A DNA stretch of 58,175 bases from Leptospira biflexa (GCA_020721925.1 DYLV01000002.1:9624-67798), one strand, 5' to 3'; positions 19,854 to 29,469 are shown, counted from the stretch's first letter. Notes: generated by a model not told the origin, from the letters alone. A program made the numbers and translations.

Positions 19854-20593
19854 TGTTCCACGTGGAACACTATCTTACGGAATATTTCCAAAGCATCCAT
19901 CAGCCACTCGCACAAGAGTCTGTGGAAAAGCTTGCATGCTATGCATCGCGCCTCTTTGATGCCAATAAAAAATTCAATCTTACGGGTTTTCGCACCATAG
20001 AGCAAATATGCCAGAAGCTAATCGGCGAAAGCCTCCAGCCCATGCGCTTCCTCAATGTTCCACGTGGAACACGATTTATCGATATGGGCACGGGCGCCGG
20101 TGTCCCTGGCATTCCTCTTTCAATAATTTTTCCTGCTCTCGCGGGGACTCTCGTTGATTCCCATATAAAAAAAATTAATTTCATTCAAAGCGTCATACGC
20201 GAGCTCAACATTCCAAACATAGAAGCTGTATGTGCACGAGGAGAAGAAATCGCACACGAGCATGCTTTTCGTGGATCCTTTTTTTTCTCAATATGTCGAG
20301 CCTTTGCACATGTGTTTATCACTTCGGAAATCTGCGCCCCCTTTTTAGAAATGGGCGGTTTTATATTTATGTATGCGAATGATACACTTCCCGACTCAAC
20401 GGGATATCCGCTTTTATTTCAGCATTTCTCTGATCTTGGCGTCAGGCCGACAACTCCAGTAGAAAGAAAGGCGTTTGGACTTGGAACAAACAATATCATT
20501 CTAATAAAAATATCGGAAACACCGGGAAAATATCCGAGAAGGTTTGCTTCAATTAAGCGCGATGCCATAAAAGCTCTCGCCAATCGCACCTGA
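19853..20593 (+). CDS. rsmG: 16S rRNA (guanine527-N7)-methyltransferase RsmG (GidB)
   Basis: SAM motif FIDMGTGAGVPGIPLSI. The start overlaps the mnmG stop (TGATG). Confidence 0.9.
   Translation: MFHVEHYLTEYFQSIHQPLAQESVEKLACYASRLFDANKKFNLTGFRTIEQICQKLIGESLQPMRFLNVPRGTRFIDMGTGAGVPGIPLSIIFPALAGTLVDSHIKKINFIQSVIRELNIPNIEAVCARGEEIAHEHAFRGSFFFSICRAFAHVFITSEICAPFLEMGGFIFMYANDTLPDSTGYPLLFQHFSDLGVRPTTPVERKAFGLGTNNIILIKISETPGKYPRRFASIKRDAIKALANRT
19854..19869. promoter_or_regulatory. parS-type centromere site (ParB binding), copy 1
   Basis: Perfect 16-bp palindrome TGTTCCACGTGGAACA. It differs by one substitution from the classical TGTTNCACGTGAAACA and overlaps the rsmG start codon. Confidence 0.75.
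20056..20071. promoter_or_regulatory. parS-type centromere site, copy 2
   Basis: Identical palindrome TGTTCCACGTGGAACA. The wider 18-nt repeat ATGTTCCACGTGGAACAC is also identical. It lies inside rsmG in a different reading frame from copy 1. Confidence 0.75.
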
Positions 20594-20704
20594 GTGCACG
20601 TACATGTCTTGAAACAAAATACATTGACGAATTAGCTCTTTATTTTTTATGCCTTTTTCATCTCGCATGCAGTATCATAACCATGCACGTATGCTGAGGT
20701 AGGT

Positions 20705-21271
20705 ATGATTTTTCTTATTCGAGGCGGCGGTATTGCGGCAGGGACTCATGTGCAATTGTCTTATGCACATCTACTTACCGAGAGTTTGTCCTCACACGGC
20801 ATTCAAGTAATTAATCGTTCCCGCAATCGCGACACAAGTTTTCATGGTTGCTGGACTTTCGAAGAGGACATTGCCCCCTTTCAACCCGAAATGATACTTT
20901 TTCATTTTGGAATCGACGATATTTACAGGCCAGTGTATCGCTCTGAATTTAAAGAAAACCTGGTTCAGCTCGTACGTCTCTGCAGAATTCGATATAATTC
21001 TCACATTTTTCTCGCCTCATCTCATCCTTTTTCTGGCGATTTTGAAATGCAATCAGCGTTAATTTATTATCGCACAATTCGCGAGGTGGCGATTGATCTC
21101 AAATGCCACTATATCCCCATTCATTATTTAATCGCAGATGAACTCAATGAATACAATCTCACAATAAAGGATATTGTGCTTCCGGATGAGCGATATATTA
21201 ACGAAACAGGCCACAGGCTTTTTTTCAACATTGTCAGCAGAAAAATACTTTCCGTTATAATGGAAAAGTAA
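20705..21271 (+). CDS. SGNH/GDSL-hydrolase-like protein, possibly lacking the block-I serine
   Basis: FHFGIDD (block III-like) and INETGHRLF (block V-like). The N-terminal block reads IRGGGIAAG instead of GDS. Confidence 0.5.
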   Translation: MIFLIRGGGIAAGTHVQLSYAHLLTESLSSHGIQVINRSRNRDTSFHGCWTFEEDIAPFQPEMILFHFGIDDIYRPVYRSEFKENLVQLVRLCRIRYNSHIFLASSHPFSGDFEMQSALIYYRTIREVAIDLKCHYIPIHYLIADELNEYNLTIKDIVLPDERYINETGHRLFFNIVSRKILSVIMEK

Positions 21272-21308
21272 TAAATAGGTTATTGTATCATCACATCAGG
21301 AGGACATC

Positions 21309-21569
21309 ATGAGCGATATTATCAAAGATATTCAAAAAAATTCGAAAGAAATCATCAGAGTTGAAGTGTCAGAGTTCAAAGGTATGAAGCTTATTAATCT
21401 ACGCATCTGGTTCCAGACCATTGATTCAAATGGAACTATAACCTATAAGCCGTCTCAAAAAGGCGTCACGCTGAACATCACACAATTCAACGAGTTAAAA
21501 GACGCAATCGATCGCCTTGCCGTATATATTGAAGACAAGGGAATACAAATTGCAGCAAGGAATGAATAA
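21309..21569 (+). CDS. Small PC4/YdbC-like putative ssDNA-binding protein
   Basis: AGGAGG lies 5 nt upstream of the ATG. The pattern IIRVEVSEFKGMKLINLRIWF...YKPSQKGVTLNITQFNELKDAI resembles bacterial PC4-fold proteins. Recognised from memory, not searched. Confidence 0.55.
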   Translation: MSDIIKDIQKNSKEIIRVEVSEFKGMKLINLRIWFQTIDSNGTITYKPSQKGVTLNITQFNELKDAIDRLAVYIEDKGIQIAARNE

Positions 21570-21583
21570 AAAATATTTTTTTC

Positions 21584-21612
21584 TTGACATCTATACATAT
21601 ATTTGCTATTCA
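21584..21612 (+). promoter_or_regulatory. Sigma70-type promoter candidate for lexA
   Basis: TTGACA (21584-21589), 17-nt spacer, TATTCA (21607-21612). Confidence 0.45.
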
Positions 21613-21640
21613 TGAGACGGTATTTCTAAATGGGGGACAC

Positions 21641-22246
21641 ATGAAAGCGCTTACAGACAAACAGTTACACATTTTCAATTTTATAAAAGAAAAAATAGAA
21701 TCATCAGGGTATCCTCCCACCGTTCGTGAAATCGGCGATCGTTTTGGCATCACCGTAAAAGGTGCATATGACCATCTGAAGGCTATTGAAAAAAAGGGGT
21801 ATATCCGCTGCTCAACGAACAAATCAAGAGCTATCGAAGTGCTATCGGAAAAAATTTCAAAATCATCGTCTGATGTCCAAAGTATTCCCCTTGTCGGAAG
21901 AATCGCTGCGGGAGCTCCAATTCTCGCCCATGAAAACATTGAAGACTATATCAGGCTTCCGAAATCCATGGTACCTTCCGGAGATCTATTCGCACTACAG
22001 GTAAAAGGCGATTCCATGATAGAGAAAGGCATCAATGATGGAGATATCGCCATCATAAAAAAACAGGACAGCGCTTATTCCGGCGATATCGTCGCGGCTC
22101 TCATTGATGATGAAGCGACTCTCAAAACATTAAAAATCATGGATAAAAAAATTCATCTATTGCCAGCGAACAGCAAATACAAGCCTATCATTGTTGATGA
22201 TGTAGTAATCTTAGGAAAGCTTGTATCGCTTTTAAGAAAATATTAA
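21641..22246 (+). CDS. lexA: LexA repressor
   Basis: wHTH segment LTDKQLHIFNFIKEKIESSGYPPTVREIGDRFGI. Ala-Gly cleavage site GRIAAGAPI. Ser/Lys dyad in VKGDSMIEKGINDGD and EATLKTL. The ATG at 21641 is preferred over the upstream TTG at 21584. Confidence 0.93.
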   Translation: MKALTDKQLHIFNFIKEKIESSGYPPTVREIGDRFGITVKGAYDHLKAIEKKGYIRCSTNKSRAIEVLSEKISKSSSDVQSIPLVGRIAAGAPILAHENIEDYIRLPKSMVPSGDLFALQVKGDSMIEKGINDGDIAIIKKQDSAYSGDIVAALIDDEATLKTLKIMDKKIHLLPANSKYKPIIVDDVVILGKLVSLLRKY

Positions 22247-22267
22247 TATTCCATCTTTTATTTTTTT

Positions 22268-23551
22268 ATGCATTCGAAACCGCTTTCTGTCACTGAAATC
22301 ACACGGATTATTAAAAACACTCTTGAATCTCAAGAAGATCTCATTGATATGTGGATAGTCGGTGAAATATCCAATCTCACCTATCACTCAACCGGTCATA
22401 TCTATTTTTCGCTGAAAGACGAGAACGCTGTAATTCACGCAGTATTTTTCAAATATCAAAACAAAAAACTTTCATTTCGCCTTGAAAACGGGATGAAGGT
22501 GCTTGCGCTCGGTACCATTAATGTATACGAAAAACGGGGAACGTATCAGCTTGTCATTTCACAGGTGAAACCAGAAGGAATTGGCGAACTTCAGAAGAGA
22601 ATTGAACAATTGAAAAAGAATCTTCTTGCCGAAGGTATTTTCGATCAAAAACGAAAAAGAAAATTGCCGATTTTGCCAAGACGCCTGGGTGTTGTCACAT
22701 CACCCACCGGCGCTGCCATTCGAGACATCATAAAAGTTGCTCGCAAGCGATATCCCAATATAGATATCCTTATTTGTCCGGCACATGTGCAGGGTTCTGA
22801 TGCACCGGAATCGATTGCCCGTGCCATTGCACTAATCAATCGTCCTGAATATGGCGTGGATGTGATTATCGCTGGACGAGGCGGCGGTTCATTCGAGGAC
22901 CTTATGCCTTTCAACGAAGAAATCGTTGTCAGAGCGTTTTATCATTCACGGGTTCCTATTGTATCTGCGGTAGGTCATCAGGTTGATCATCCTCTTTGCG
23001 ACGATGCCGCTGATGCATATGCCCCTACTCCCTCTGCCGCAGTTGAAATGTGTATTCCGCTAAAATCATTATTTCTCGATGAGATTGAATTCAGCATCTC
23101 TCGTTTGAACTCAAGCATGGAATCAAAACTCAGAGAGCTTACCTCGCGTTTTCAGTATATTCAAAATAGAAGATTTTTTTTACATCCGCTGGACATTGTT
23201 CATTCAAGGACAATGATGCTACATGATTTCGAAAAAAAGCTTCACGCATCCATGAAGATATTTTTATCACAATGCAAAACAAAGCTTTCTTCCATACCTT
23301 CTCTTACTGCTGCGATCAAAACGCTTCTTAAAGATAAACGTCATTCCTTTTATCTTCTTCTTCAAACCATCGAAAAGCTATCACCCATTGCCCTTTTAAA
23401 ACGCGGGTATTCCATTGTAACAAATTCAAAAGGTGACATAATCAAAAGGATACATGACACTTCAATCGGTGAAACTGTCACACTTGAAGTGAGCGATGGC
23501 ATTATGGAAAGCACAATTACATCAATCAGTGAGGTACGCCGTGGATTCTAA
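22268..23551 (+). CDS. xseA: Exodeoxyribonuclease VII large subunit
   Basis: N-terminal OB fold (VGEISNLTYHSTGHIYFSLKD), GVVTSPTGAAIRDI and GRGGGSFEDL. Confidence 0.93.
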   Translation: MHSKPLSVTEITRIIKNTLESQEDLIDMWIVGEISNLTYHSTGHIYFSLKDENAVIHAVFFKYQNKKLSFRLENGMKVLALGTINVYEKRGTYQLVISQVKPEGIGELQKRIEQLKKNLLAEGIFDQKRKRKLPILPRRLGVVTSPTGAAIRDIIKVARKRYPNIDILICPAHVQGSDAPESIARAIALINRPEYGVDVIIAGRGGGSFEDLMPFNEEIVVRAFYHSRVPIVSAVGHQVDHPLCDDAADAYAPTPSAAVEMCIPLKSLFLDEIEFSISRLNSSMESKLRELTSRFQYIQNRRFFLHPLDIVHSRTMMLHDFEKKLHASMKIFLSQCKTKLSSIPSLTAAIKTLLKDKRHSFYLLLQTIEKLSPIALLKRGYSIVTNSKGDIIKRIHDTSIGETVTLEVSDGIMESTITSISEVRRGF

Positions 23552-23573
23552 AAGAAAAAAAAGCAAAACCACC

Positions 23574-23819
23574 ATGAGTTTCGAAAGTGCTCTCAAAGAG
23601 CTGGAACAAATTGCCGAAAAGCTTGAGGAAGGCAATTTGAGTCTTGAAAAATCTATTGAACTTTTTGAAAGAGGGATTTCACTGTCCAAATTATGCAATA
23701 CTATGCTCGAAGAAGCAGAGGGGAAAATCGAAATACTTCAGAAGCAGCAAAACTCAGAAAAGTTGCAAAAAAGAAATTTTGAATTCAACGAGGAAATTGA
23801 TGAGCCTGATGAAGAATAA
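23574..23819 (+). CDS. xseB: Exodeoxyribonuclease VII small subunit
   Basis: MSFESALKELEQIAEKLEEGNLSLEKSIELFERGISLSKLC is typical of XseB. The ORF track extends to 23496, but that extension overlaps xseA. Confidence 0.85.
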   Translation: MSFESALKELEQIAEKLEEGNLSLEKSIELFERGISLSKLCNTMLEEAEGKIEILQKQQNSEKLQKRNFEFNEEIDEPDEE

Positions 23820-24258
23820 TGCAAAACATCATAATTATTTTTTCCCCCCTACCCCACATGCACCAACATGGAATATAATCAGATACGTCTTTCTTTGTTG
23901 CATCATTGGTTTCTTTCTTTTTTCCTGCGCCAAAACTCCCGTCATTTCGTTCTGCGAAGGCGTAGATAAAAACGGCAAGGGAATTCAGTGTGGGAAGAAG
24001 TTTTCGACGGGCGATCTCACCGCTCTTATTAATGCCCCCGGACGGTTTGAAACAGAATCGTTGAAAATTGTTATTTCGAAAAAAACAAATTATAAAAACG
24101 AAAAAGTTGAAGAGTTGACACACTCCGTCTCTTCCGAAGCATCAAATGCGGCAGTTCCCCTTTCTTTTTATATTGAAGGGGAATATCTTGTTGAAATTCA
24201 CGGCAAGGAGGGACGGCTTTTAGGATCCGAATGGATCCACGTCATTGACACGTATTAA
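23800..24258 (+). CDS. Lipoprotein, unknown function
   Basis: Lipobox GFFLFSC-AK follows a hydrophobic segment. The likely start at 23800 (MSLMKNN) overlaps the end of xseB. The ORF-track start at 23644 lies inside xseB. Confidence 0.55.
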   Translation: MSLMKNNAKHHNYFFPPTPHAPTWNIIRYVFLCCIIGFFLFSCAKTPVISFCEGVDKNGKGIQCGKKFSTGDLTALINAPGRFETESLKIVISKKTNYKNEKVEELTHSVSSEASNAAVPLSFYIEGEYLVEIHGKEGRLLGSEWIHVIDTY

Positions 24259-24755
24259 TCTTGAGTTGTCTCCTTTTGAGTTTTCCTTTTCATTTCTTCC
24301 TGAATATAGACAATAAGCAGTAATATCGCCCCAATTACAATCACAGAATCTGCCACATTAAAGGCAGGCCATCTGAATACATTATCACTCCCGATGTAAA
24401 TAAAATCAACAACTCCAGGTCTTCCCGATATACGATCAATGATATTTCCTATTGCACCCGCGAGTATGAAACCCATCGAATAACAAAAAAGCGGTTTCTT
24501 TTCTTTTTCAAAAATATAGAAAAGCACAAGCAATACAAGCACAACAATTGAAACAATTAAAAAATACTGCTGATACCCCTGCAGAATTCCAAAAAGTCCC
24601 CCTCTATTATAAATAAGCGTCAGTTGTACAAAGCTACCGATGACGTTTATTCTTTCATGAAGGGAGATATTCGTCACGACCAGGTGCTTTGTGAAAATAT
24701 CAAGCACAAGAGAAAACATCAATAACACTCCCGTAATTATATGTTTTTTCATCAA
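24255..24755 (-). CDS. lspA: Lipoprotein signal peptidase (signal peptidase II)
   Basis: GAIGNIIDRI and WPAFNVADSVI motifs, four TM segments, 166 aa. Confidence 0.92.
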   Translation of the reverse strand: MMKKHIITGVLLMFSLVLDIFTKHLVVTNISLHERINVIGSFVQLTLIYNRGGLFGILQGYQQYFLIVSIVVLVLLVLFYIFEKEKKPLFCYSMGFILAGAIGNIIDRISGRPGVVDFIYIGSDNVFRWPAFNVADSVIVIGAILLLIVYIQEEMKRKTQKETTQD

Positions 24756-24767
24756 TTTCCCCTTTTG

Positions 24768-27536
24768 TTATTTTCCTGTTATTGCTTCCACAATTTTCGC
24801 ACATCGCGCACAAAGCTGCGGATGCTTTTCATCTATTCCGACATCTTCTGAATAGTTCCAGCAACGAACACATTTCGTTCCAGAAGCTTTCATCACTTTT
24901 ATCGCGGCAATATCATATTCTTCCATACCTTCATTTTTACTTTCACATACACTCAACGAAGATACCTGAAAGAACCTCCTTGCTTCTTCACTAAGCTCCC
25001 GTAGCATATTTCTCAGTCGCTCGCTTTTTACGTATATTTCCACACGCGCTTCAACCGAAGTACCGATTTCTTTCTGTTTTCTCTTTATCTCAAGCGCTTT
25101 CAACAAATCCTTTTTTACATCCACAAGCTCATCCATTTTTTTTGCAATGGCTTCATTTTTAAATACATCTTTAGGAACATAGTATTTTTGAAAGTGAATG
25201 GATCCCTCGTTTTTTGCAAAATTCCATATTTCTTCCGAAGTAAAAACAAGAATTGGAGCAATAAGCGTTACGATCGTTTTATATACTTCATTTAACACAG
25301 TGAGAGAAGCTCTTCTTCGTAATCCATTTTTTTCTTCTATATAGAGAATATCCTTCGAAATATCAAAATATATCGATGAAAGTTCCACAGCGCAAAAATT
25401 CAATATTCTCCTGTAAACAAGATGAAATTCAAAATTTTCATATGCTTCTATTACCTGATGATACAATTGATGCAATTTATGAAGAATCCATTTATCCACA
25501 TCAGCTAAATCATTATACAGCACTGCATCTTTTTCTGAAAATTCGGCAATATTTCCCAATATGAATTTAAAAGTATTTCGAATTTTCCTGTAGGAATCGG
25601 CAATCTGGTTTATCATATCAAAGCCAATTCGCACGTCATTTCGATAGTCTTCCGAGGATACCCATAAACGAAGAATATCAGCTCCGAATTTTTTTATGAT
25701 ATCATCTGGAGGAATGACATTCCCCATAGATTTGCTCATCGCCTTCCCTTCCTCATCGAGTACGAACCCATGGGTGAGAACTGTTTTGTAGGGCGCGCGA
25801 TCTCTCAGTGCAATCGATGGCCACAACGATGACTGAAACCATCCTCGGTGCTGGTCACTTCCTTCGAGATATAAATCCGAAGGCCACCGGTGAGACGGCC
25901 ATGAATCTAAAACCACATAATGCGACACACCTGAATCGAACCAGACGTCAAGAATATCGTATTCCTTTTCGAATACAGTACTTCCACATGTACAGTGGGT
26001 ATCTTTTGGAATGAGTTCATGGATGTCATCGGTGTACCAGGCATCGATTCCTTTTTTTAAGGATATTTCTGCGAAAAAAAGTATTGTTTTTGAGCTCATG
26101 AGATTTTTCCCGCATTTTGAACATTTAAATGAAGGAATTGGCACACCCCATGAGCGTTGTCTCGAAAGGCACCAATCGGGCCTTGTTTCAACCATGCCGC
26201 GAAATCTCTGCTCTCCCCATGCGGGAATCCATGTTGTCTCATCAACCGCTCTCAATGCTTTCTCTCTGAGACCATTGTGATCTACGATCATAAACCACTG
26301 TTCGGTGGCGCGGAAAATCAAAGGCTTTTTACATCTCCAGCAATGCGGATAGGAGTGCTCAATCATTTCAGTTTTGATCAACGCATTCTTTTTTTTCAAA
26401 AGCTCAATGATTTTCTCGTTGGCATCAAAAACATGGACACCTTTCATTAACGCAAATTCATCTGTGAACCTCCCCTCGTCATCAACCGGTGAAAGCATTT
26501 CGAGCCCATACTCCAGACCCGCGAGGTAGTCCTCCAAGCCATGTCCCGGCGCGATATGGACAATTCCTGTTCCTTGATCAAGCGTAACAAAATCACCAAA
26601 GATGATTTTTGACTGTCTTTCAATGAATGGGTGGAAAACAACAAGCTTCTCCAATTGCTTTCTTTTTATTTCAACGCTCTTTTCGCCTTGTAATCCTGTT
26701 ATTCTCTCAAATGTACCAACAAGTCCTTCTGCCATCAGATAATATTCATTGCCAAATTGGCGTATGACATAGGTAAATTCCGGATGCATGCATACCGCAA
26801 GGTTTGCCGGAAGTGTCCACGGGGTAGTGGTCCAAATTATCATATAGAGGTTTTTTGCATTAATGCCGGGTATGCGGGCCGAATTTTCATCTATTTTAAA
26901 CTTCACGAATATTGAAGGAGATTCATGGTTGTCGTATTCAACCTCTGCTTCTGCAAGCGCGGTCACACAATTGGGGCACCAGTAAATTGGTTTTTTGCTT
27001 CGAGTGATGAATCCCTTTTCATATAATTTCCCAAAGATTTCCAATATCTTTGCTTCATATTCATTGCTCATTGTGAGATACGGATGTTCATAGTCGCCGA
27101 AAACACCAAGTCGTTTAAATTCTTCCATCTGAATCCTTACAAATCTCTCGGCGTATTTCCTGCATTTTTTCCTGATTTCTATGCGCGATGTTTTTTTCGC
27201 TTCATCACCGAGCTCTTTCACCACCTGAAGTTCTATTGGAAGCCCATGACAATCCCAGCCCGGCACGTATGGGGCTTTAAATCCCATCATTGTTTTATGT
27301 TTCACGATAATGTCTTTTAATATTTTATTCAAGGCATGGCCTAAGTGGATGTTGCCATTGGCATAGGGCGGCCCATCATGCAAAATATATAGATCGCTTC
27401 CCTCCCTTTGTTTTAATATTCCCTCATATATATTCTTTTCATGCCATTTCTTCAACATTTCCGGTTCTCTCTGCGGCAGGTTCGCACGCATTGGAAATTC
27501 CGTTGTCGGTAAATTCAGCGTTTTTGAATAATCCAT
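24768..27536 (-). CDS. ileS: Isoleucine--tRNA ligase
   Basis: HIGH-type PYANGNIHLGHALN, KMSKS-type GKAMSKSMGN, C-terminal zinc knuckles CVRCWNY...CARC. The ATG at 27536 (MDYSKTLNLP) is preferred. Confidence 0.96.
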   Translation of the reverse strand: MDYSKTLNLPTTEFPMRANLPQREPEMLKKWHEKNIYEGILKQREGSDLYILHDGPPYANGNIHLGHALNKILKDIIVKHKTMMGFKAPYVPGWDCHGLPIELQVVKELGDEAKKTSRIEIRKKCRKYAERFVRIQMEEFKRLGVFGDYEHPYLTMSNEYEAKILEIFGKLYEKGFITRSKKPIYWCPNCVTALAEAEVEYDNHESPSIFVKFKIDENSARIPGINAKNLYMIIWTTTPWTLPANLAVCMHPEFTYVIRQFGNEYYLMAEGLVGTFERITGLQGEKSVEIKRKQLEKLVVFHPFIERQSKIIFGDFVTLDQGTGIVHIAPGHGLEDYLAGLEYGLEMLSPVDDEGRFTDEFALMKGVHVFDANEKIIELLKKKNALIKTEMIEHSYPHCWRCKKPLIFRATEQWFMIVDHNGLREKALRAVDETTWIPAWGEQRFRGMVETRPDWCLSRQRSWGVPIPSFKCSKCGKNLMSSKTILFFAEISLKKGIDAWYTDDIHELIPKDTHCTCGSTVFEKEYDILDVWFDSGVSHYVVLDSWPSHRWPSDLYLEGSDQHRGWFQSSLWPSIALRDRAPYKTVLTHGFVLDEEGKAMSKSMGNVIPPDDIIKKFGADILRLWVSSEDYRNDVRIGFDMINQIADSYRKIRNTFKFILGNIAEFSEKDAVLYNDLADVDKWILHKLHQLYHQVIEAYENFEFHLVYRRILNFCAVELSSIYFDISKDILYIEEKNGLRRRASLTVLNEVYKTIVTLIAPILVFTSEEIWNFAKNEGSIHFQKYYVPKDVFKNEAIAKKMDELVDVKKDLLKALEIKRKQKEIGTSVEARVEIYVKSERLRNMLRELSEEARRFFQVSSLSVCESKNEGMEEYDIAAIKVMKASGTKCVRCWNYSEDVGIDEKHPQLCARCAKIVEAITGK

Positions 27537-27680
27537 AACATCCTCTCTTTTTAAGCACACATAGGACTTTGAAACTCAATTCATATCTTGGAAGAAATTC
27601 ATCAAGACACTCTTTTGGTAAAGATATTTGTCAATTTTTTTTCCTTTACAATTGAGCATATCCAATTATTTACATAATAC

Positions 27681-28331
27681 ATGTTTAAAACGCTCTGCCA
27701 ACCCGATGGGATTAAAGGCTGTTCCGTATGCTGTGGACTATTTAATTTAAGGGATATATCAAAAAAAAACCTCGAATCATTTTTATCAGGCGATAGCTCA
27801 ATCGATGCTTTAAATGATGTGCGCGACATCACATCCCATATCTGTATCCATCAATCATTCATATCAAAGAATCGACCGGGCTGCACCCTCCATCCACAGA
27901 TACAAGGCACTGATCATCGCAATTCATCACTCTATGGCGCAAAAATTTGCGAAGAATATCTTTGCCCCGCACATTCAATTCTTAATGCGGAGCAAAAACA
28001 ATTATTGGTTTCATCAGTTACCGATTGGTATCTCTATTCAATTGCAATTCTTGATCCGGAAGGATTCATCTGCATAATCGATATCATAATCAGTTTGCAT
28101 TTATTGACCACATCGCATAACGCTGCATCCCTTATAAGCGAAGCGTTGTCCTTCCATGCAAATGCGCTTTCGCAATCGGCTACATGTTATTTTTACTATT
28201 CGCAGGCAGAGTATAATCAACACAAAGTCGAGTTTTCTTTGCGCTATAATTTTAAGGAAAAGTCTCTTCTGAGAAAACATCTTATGAATATCTTGGATAA
28301 AGGTGTTTTACATCGGCATCATTTCGCATAA
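27681..28331 (+). CDS. Cysteine-cluster protein (possibly YkgJ-like zinc/iron-chelating domain)
   Basis: N-terminal GCSVCCGLFN and later NRPGCTLHP...KICEEYLCP. The assignment is weak. Confidence 0.4.
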   Translation: MFKTLCQPDGIKGCSVCCGLFNLRDISKKNLESFLSGDSSIDALNDVRDITSHICIHQSFISKNRPGCTLHPQIQGTDHRNSSLYGAKICEEYLCPAHSILNAEQKQLLVSSVTDWYLYSIAILDPEGFICIIDIIISLHLLTTSHNAASLISEALSFHANALSQSATCYFYYSQAEYNQHKVEFSLRYNFKEKSLLRKHLMNILDKGVLHRHHFA

Positions 28332-28389
28332 AACGCATATTGCTCTGTCTGGCAAAAATCACACAAAAACTATCGTTTTCTTTTTTCTC

Positions 28390-29469
28390 CTATTTACGCT
28401 GATTTCTTTTCTTTACCATCTCCACAACATTTCTCACTTCCTGTGCAGAGTTCTTTTCCATGACGAGAATGTCGCCTCCCGACTCAACGACTACTACATT
28501 TTCAAGCCCAACCACAGAAATATTTTTTTCTTCTGGAAATACGGTGCAATTCCGCGTGTTAATAAAAATAACCCTATCCGGTTCTGGAGTCCTGTTTTTA
28601 TTTTCATCCGGCACAAGAATATCATCAATCGCATTCCAGGTACCCAGATCTGCCCATCCGAAATCCGCAGGGATGACCATACGATCTTTCGCTTTCTCCA
28701 TTATTCCGTAATCTATTGACACAGAATCTAATTCTTTAAATATTTCAGATTTTATTTGCCATATTCTTGAAGAATTATCCGCGACTTCCTGTTTTGAAAT
28801 TTTCCGCAATGGATCAAACGCCCGGTAGAGATCTGGCATATGCTCTATGAAATTTTTCTTTATGGCAGAAACTTTCCATACAAATATGCCGCTGTTCCAG
28901 TAATAACCACCATCTTTCAGGTACTTTCTTGCTTTTTCGATATCTGGTTTTTCCACAAACCGTTCTACTGGCAAAATACTTCCCTCGCCTTTGGCTGCTT
29001 TTATATAGCCATATCCTGTTTCAGGATATGTCGGTGTAATTCCAATAGAGACCAATTTTCCTTTTTTCGCTTTATCTATTGCCAATCTCAGAGACTCTTC
29101 GAATTTTTGCTTATCTTTTATATAATGATCTGCGGGAAGCATAATCATCACAGGGTCTTCATTGCCGTGATCAAGGTACGTTACCGCATAGAGTACCGCT
29201 GCAGCTGTATTCCTCGGGAAGGGTTCTTCTAAAATGATGCTTTGTAAGCCAATAGCATTAATTTCCTGTTGAGTGATGCGTTCATATTTTTTTGAAGTCA
29301 CAATAATACATTCATCAGGGTTCAAAGACATCAATCTTTTTATTGTCTCCGACAGAAGCGTTCCTTCGCCAGAGAGATTATGAAACTGTTTTGGTTTCTC
29401 TTCACGGCTAAGCGGCCACAAACGTGTTCCCGCACCGCCGGCGAGTATGACCGGTATTACTTTTTCCAT
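28390..29469 (-). CDS. Mannose-1-phosphate guanylyltransferase-type sugar nucleotidyltransferase
   Basis: VILAGGAGTRLWPLSREEKPKQF and a GDP-mannose pyrophosphorylase-like body (YGYIK, VEKPD, NSGIFVW). No C-terminal isomerase domain is present. Confidence 0.8.
   Translation of the reverse strand: MEKVIPVILAGGAGTRLWPLSREEKPKQFHNLSGEGTLLSETIKRLMSLNPDECIIVTSKKYERITQQEINAIGLQSIILEEPFPRNTAAAVLYAVTYLDHGNEDPVMIMLPADHYIKDKQKFEESLRLAIDKAKKGKLVSIGITPTYPETGYGYIKAAKGEGSILPVERFVEKPDIEKARKYLKDGGYYWNSGIFVWKVSAIKKNFIEHMPDLYRAFDPLRKISKQEVADNSSRIWQIKSEIFKELDSVSIDYGIMEKAKDRMVIPADFGWADLGTWNAIDDILVPDENKNRTPEPDRVIFINTRNCTVFPEEKNISVVGLENVVVVESGGDILVMEKNSAQEVRNVVEMVKKRNQRK

Noticed and set aside
21584-21640. Candidate LexA operator in the lexA promoter (TATACATATA; TTTGCTATTCATG).
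   Set aside because: These are only imperfect, AT-only or half-matching symmetry. No second copy was found upstream of other DNA-repair genes in the window for support.
23496-23799. Upstream-extended starts given by the ORF track for xseB (23496) and for the following lipoprotein (23644).
   Set aside because: The extensions overlap xseA and xseB respectively and add non-homologous residues. The internal Met codons reproduce the typical XseB N-terminus and a signal peptide with lipobox.
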